From positions 210 through 64,209 of the forward strand of contig CAUHAO010000003.1 in NCBI GenBank assembly GCA_959604355.1: 64,000 nucleotides of DNA. The letters run 5' to 3'. This document shows positions 61,849 to 64,000 of the stretch, one piece after another. How positions within the stretch are numbered: the stretch's first letter is position 1; every line of letters starts with the position of its first letter. The stretch is from an uncultured Eubacteriales bacterium (GTDB lineage: Bacteria; Bacillota; Clostridia; Oscillospirales; UBA644). The position numbers and the translations under genes are program-made. Below the pieces are notes generated by a model. That model had not been told where the DNA came from. It did not search any database and saw only the letters and a program-made list of their open reading frames with translations.

Positions 61849-64000
61849 TTATTGAGCAGCGGGAGTATAAGTCAGAGTTATCTGTTTGGATACACCGTTT
61901 ATGGTTATCGTTGCTCTGACGGATGTTGCCGTTGCGTCGGGCTTCGCGGATACCGTTATAACAAATGAATCAGTACCTGCGCTTACACCGTAGTTTGTGA
62001 TGTCTGCGGTGAAGTCGGAGTTGGACAGAGTTATTGTTGCACTGCCCGCGTTACCCGAGGTCTTATTAACGGTGATCTCGCAGCTGCCGTTTGTTGGAAT
62101 AACACCGTTGTTTGCCGCCGAAACGGTAAATGCCGTTGCTACCACAGAGGATTTCGTTACCGTGACATTGATTTTCTGGGTCGCCGTGCCTGATTTAACG
62201 GTTATAACCGCTGTACCTTCGGAAACGGGGGTTATCTGGCAATCCATACCTGTTGCGGTGACTTTGACGACGTTTGCGTTGCTGGTCTGGAACTCTCTGT
62301 TTTCGATGGGCAGATCGAGAACTACCTTGCTGGACAGATATATAGCCCCTTCGGAGATATCCATCGTCATGGATTTTGTGGGGTATGTTGTATTCTTTTC
62401 TTTAATGGTTACCGAAAGTCTGAGGTATTCCGAGCCGTCATAAGATACCGTGACGGAAACTGCGCCTTTTGTGATAGCCTCAAAACGTCCGTCAGGTGTG
62501 ACACTGAGCACTTCGGGTCTGCTGGACTTGTAGTCAACGATGCTGTCGAATTGATATCCGAACGCACCTTCTATCGTGCCCTTGTCGCCAACATAGAGGA
62601 CGAGATTCTGGACTCTTGTGGGAGGCACCTGAGAGGAGGTCGCTCTTGTGACGACTATGGTGTTCGTGTATGACTGAGGCAGGTTGTTCTTGTCGAGATA
62701 TGTGATGGTGAGGTATGCCATAGAAGATCCTGCGACAGCTTCGGAAGATACGGTTATTCTGCCTGTGGATTTGTTGAGGCTGATATAGCCGTCAGTAGAT
62801 GCAAGATTCCAATCCTTGAATGTACCGAGGTTCTTATCGAAGACGATATTGTATGAGCCGCCGACGGGAATTGAAATTCTGCCGTCTTCAACTTTTACGG
62901 GGTCGTTGACTCTGATCGTGCAGGATGCTTCCACCGTTCTCGCAGAGGAGTTGCCGACTGCTATAACTTTTATCGTCGCGGTACCTGCACCTACGGCTTC
63001 AATCTTACCGGTGGGGGAGACTGTGACAATATTCGCGTTCGAGGTGGAGAATATGAATTCATCGTTGTTGTTTTCGGGGAGCGCTTTGAAGCCGAGATAT
63101 TTTACTTCGCCTACATTGATCGTCATCGAGGACGGAACTATCGTTATAGAGGTCGCGGGTCTTGTTATGGATGAGTCCGCAGTAAGAACATTGATGGCCT
63201 TGCTCTCGTATATGAAGTTGATGTTGTCAAGGCCTGTGATCTTCGGAGTGATTGTCGCGGAGCCTATTTCGGATACGATGTAAAGATCAAATGTGTAGTC
63301 GCCTTTTCTGGGATAAGAAGCGTAGATTACGTCTTCGTTGGACGAAACAATTTCGAAAGTAAGTTTATTGATTTCTTCCTCGGTAAGAGTGGGGTAGAAT
63401 TTCAGCGTAGCTGTCAGATTGGCGTCTTTGTAATAGTCGAGTCTGGAGGATGTGTTGCTCAGGGAGATTGTGACCTTTACGTCTTTCTGCTTTGCGGTCT
63501 TGAGAACCGTGACGGTGCAGGTCGCGGAGCAAACGACCTCGTTTGTTTCGGTGTTCGCGCCTACGAGAGTTATTGTCGCGGTGCCTTCGCTGAGAGCTGT
63601 GACTGCGCCGGAGGAAGCAGCGACAACCGCTACGTTGGGATTGCTGGAGGAGTATTTCCACACAAGTCCGCTTTCCGCGTCGGCGGGATCTACCGTTTTG
63701 TTAAGTGTTACGGTATCGCCGATAACGAGTTCAAGCGCTGTCTTGTCGAGTTTTACCGTAGCTTTTTTCTCTTCGGTGACTTCGACTACGCACATAGCGA
63801 TTTTTCCGGATTCGGTCTCTGCTGTGATAATAGCAGTACCTTTTGCCTTACCTGTGACAATGCCGGTCGCGGAAACTGCCGCAACATCGGGGTTGTTGGT
63901 CGACCAGGTAATGGTGTCTGTGGAATCAGCGGGAGTAAGAGTTGCTTTGATCGTCGCGGTGGAGTTTACGGTTATTACAACCTTGCTTTTGTCGAGGGTT
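61849..64000 (-). CDS. Large surface protein with repeated bacterial Ig-like (BIG2-type) domains, 5' end outside the window
   Basis: The reading frame stays open upstream of the track's Met (63795) to position 64000. Repeated ...TWSTNNPDVAAVSATGIVTGKAKGTAIITA... / ...SSNPNVAVVAASSGAVTALSEGTATITL... modules are BIG2-like. Confidence 0.8.
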   Translation of the reverse strand, partial: TLDKSKVVITVNSTATIKATLTPADSTDTITWSTNNPDVAAVSATGIVTGKAKGTAIITAETESGKIAMCVVEVTEEKKATVKLDKTALELVIGDTVTLNKTVDPADAESGLVWKYSSSNPNVAVVAASSGAVTALSEGTATITLVGANTETNEVVCSATCTVTVLKTAKQKDVKVTISLSNTSSRLDYYKDANLTATLKFYPTLTEEEINKLTFEIVSSNEDVIYASYPRKGDYTFDLYIVSEIGSATITPKITGLDNINFIYESKAINVLTADSSITRPATSITIVPSSMTINVGEVKYLGFKALPENNNDEFIFSTSNANIVTVSPTGKIEAVGAGTATIKVIAVGNSSARTVEASCTIRVNDPVKVEDGRISIPVGGSYNIVFDKNLGTFKDWNLASTDGYISLNKSTGRITVSSEAVAGSSMAYLTITYLDKNNLPQSYTNTIVVTRATSSQVPPTRVQNLVLYVGDKGTIEGAFGYQFDSIVDYKSSRPEVLSVTPDGRFEAITKGAVSVTVSYDGSEYLRLSVTIKEKNTTYPTKSMTMDISEGAIYLSSKVVLDLPIENREFQTSNANVVKVTATGMDCQITPVSEGTAVITVKSGTATQKINVTVTKSSVVATAFTVSAANNGVIPTNGSCEITVNKTSGNAGSATITLSNSDFTADITNYGVSAGTDSFVITVSAKPDATATSVRATITINGVSKQITLTYTPAAQ

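Overview
This 64-kb chromosomal window comes from an endospore-forming, Clostridia-type Firmicute. Supporting evidence: spoIIAA-spoIIAB-sigF, cwlD, pdaA, efp, Gram-positive style RBSs and several TTGACA-17-TATAAT promoters. All family calls were made by eye from motifs and hand alignments; no database search was possible. The window falls into three blocks. (1) 1-31.7 kb holds an Rrf2 regulator, a GH3 glycosidase, cwlD, efp and a GT4 glycosyltransferase. It then holds an unusual cassette at 9.2-14.8 kb: three paralogous secreted CBM9-like proteins whose C-termini end in K-x-G-C-G-S + hydrophobic helix + KKKD, interrupted by a translationally coupled Lgt-family / CPBP (CAAX-type) protease gene pair. 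This is my top candidate for an undescribed system, a C-terminal Cys lipidation and cleavage sorting pathway. The block continues with an ABC exporter, an Opp-like ABC importer with oversized components, two tandem promoter-to-terminator candidate sRNAs of about 105 nt, a Cys-rich ECF-like sigma factor with a putative anti-sigma factor, a MerR regulator and an M20 amidohydrolase. (2) 31714-52001 is a ~20.3-kb integrative mobilizable element inserted in the 3' half of tRNA-Ser(UGA) and bounded by perfect 56-bp direct repeats. It carries an 11-gene, tightly overlapping type I R-M operon (two hsdS, hsdM, rhuM, hsdR, M48 peptidase) with four embedded genes of unknown function, including a PD-(D/E)xK-like and a DUF2971-like protein. 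It also carries an iteron field, an AAA ATPase, an oriT-like hairpin array, mobC-relaxase, excisionase-like HTH genes and a tyrosine integrase. (3) 52-64 kb holds tRNA-Ser, the spoIIA operon, an Rrf2 regulator, an oxidoreductase, a GNAT, an AbrB-like + ABC-2 module, pdaA plus a second deacetylase, an SSS symporter and a partial Ig-like (BIG2) surface protein. I saw no rRNA, CRISPR array or transposase.
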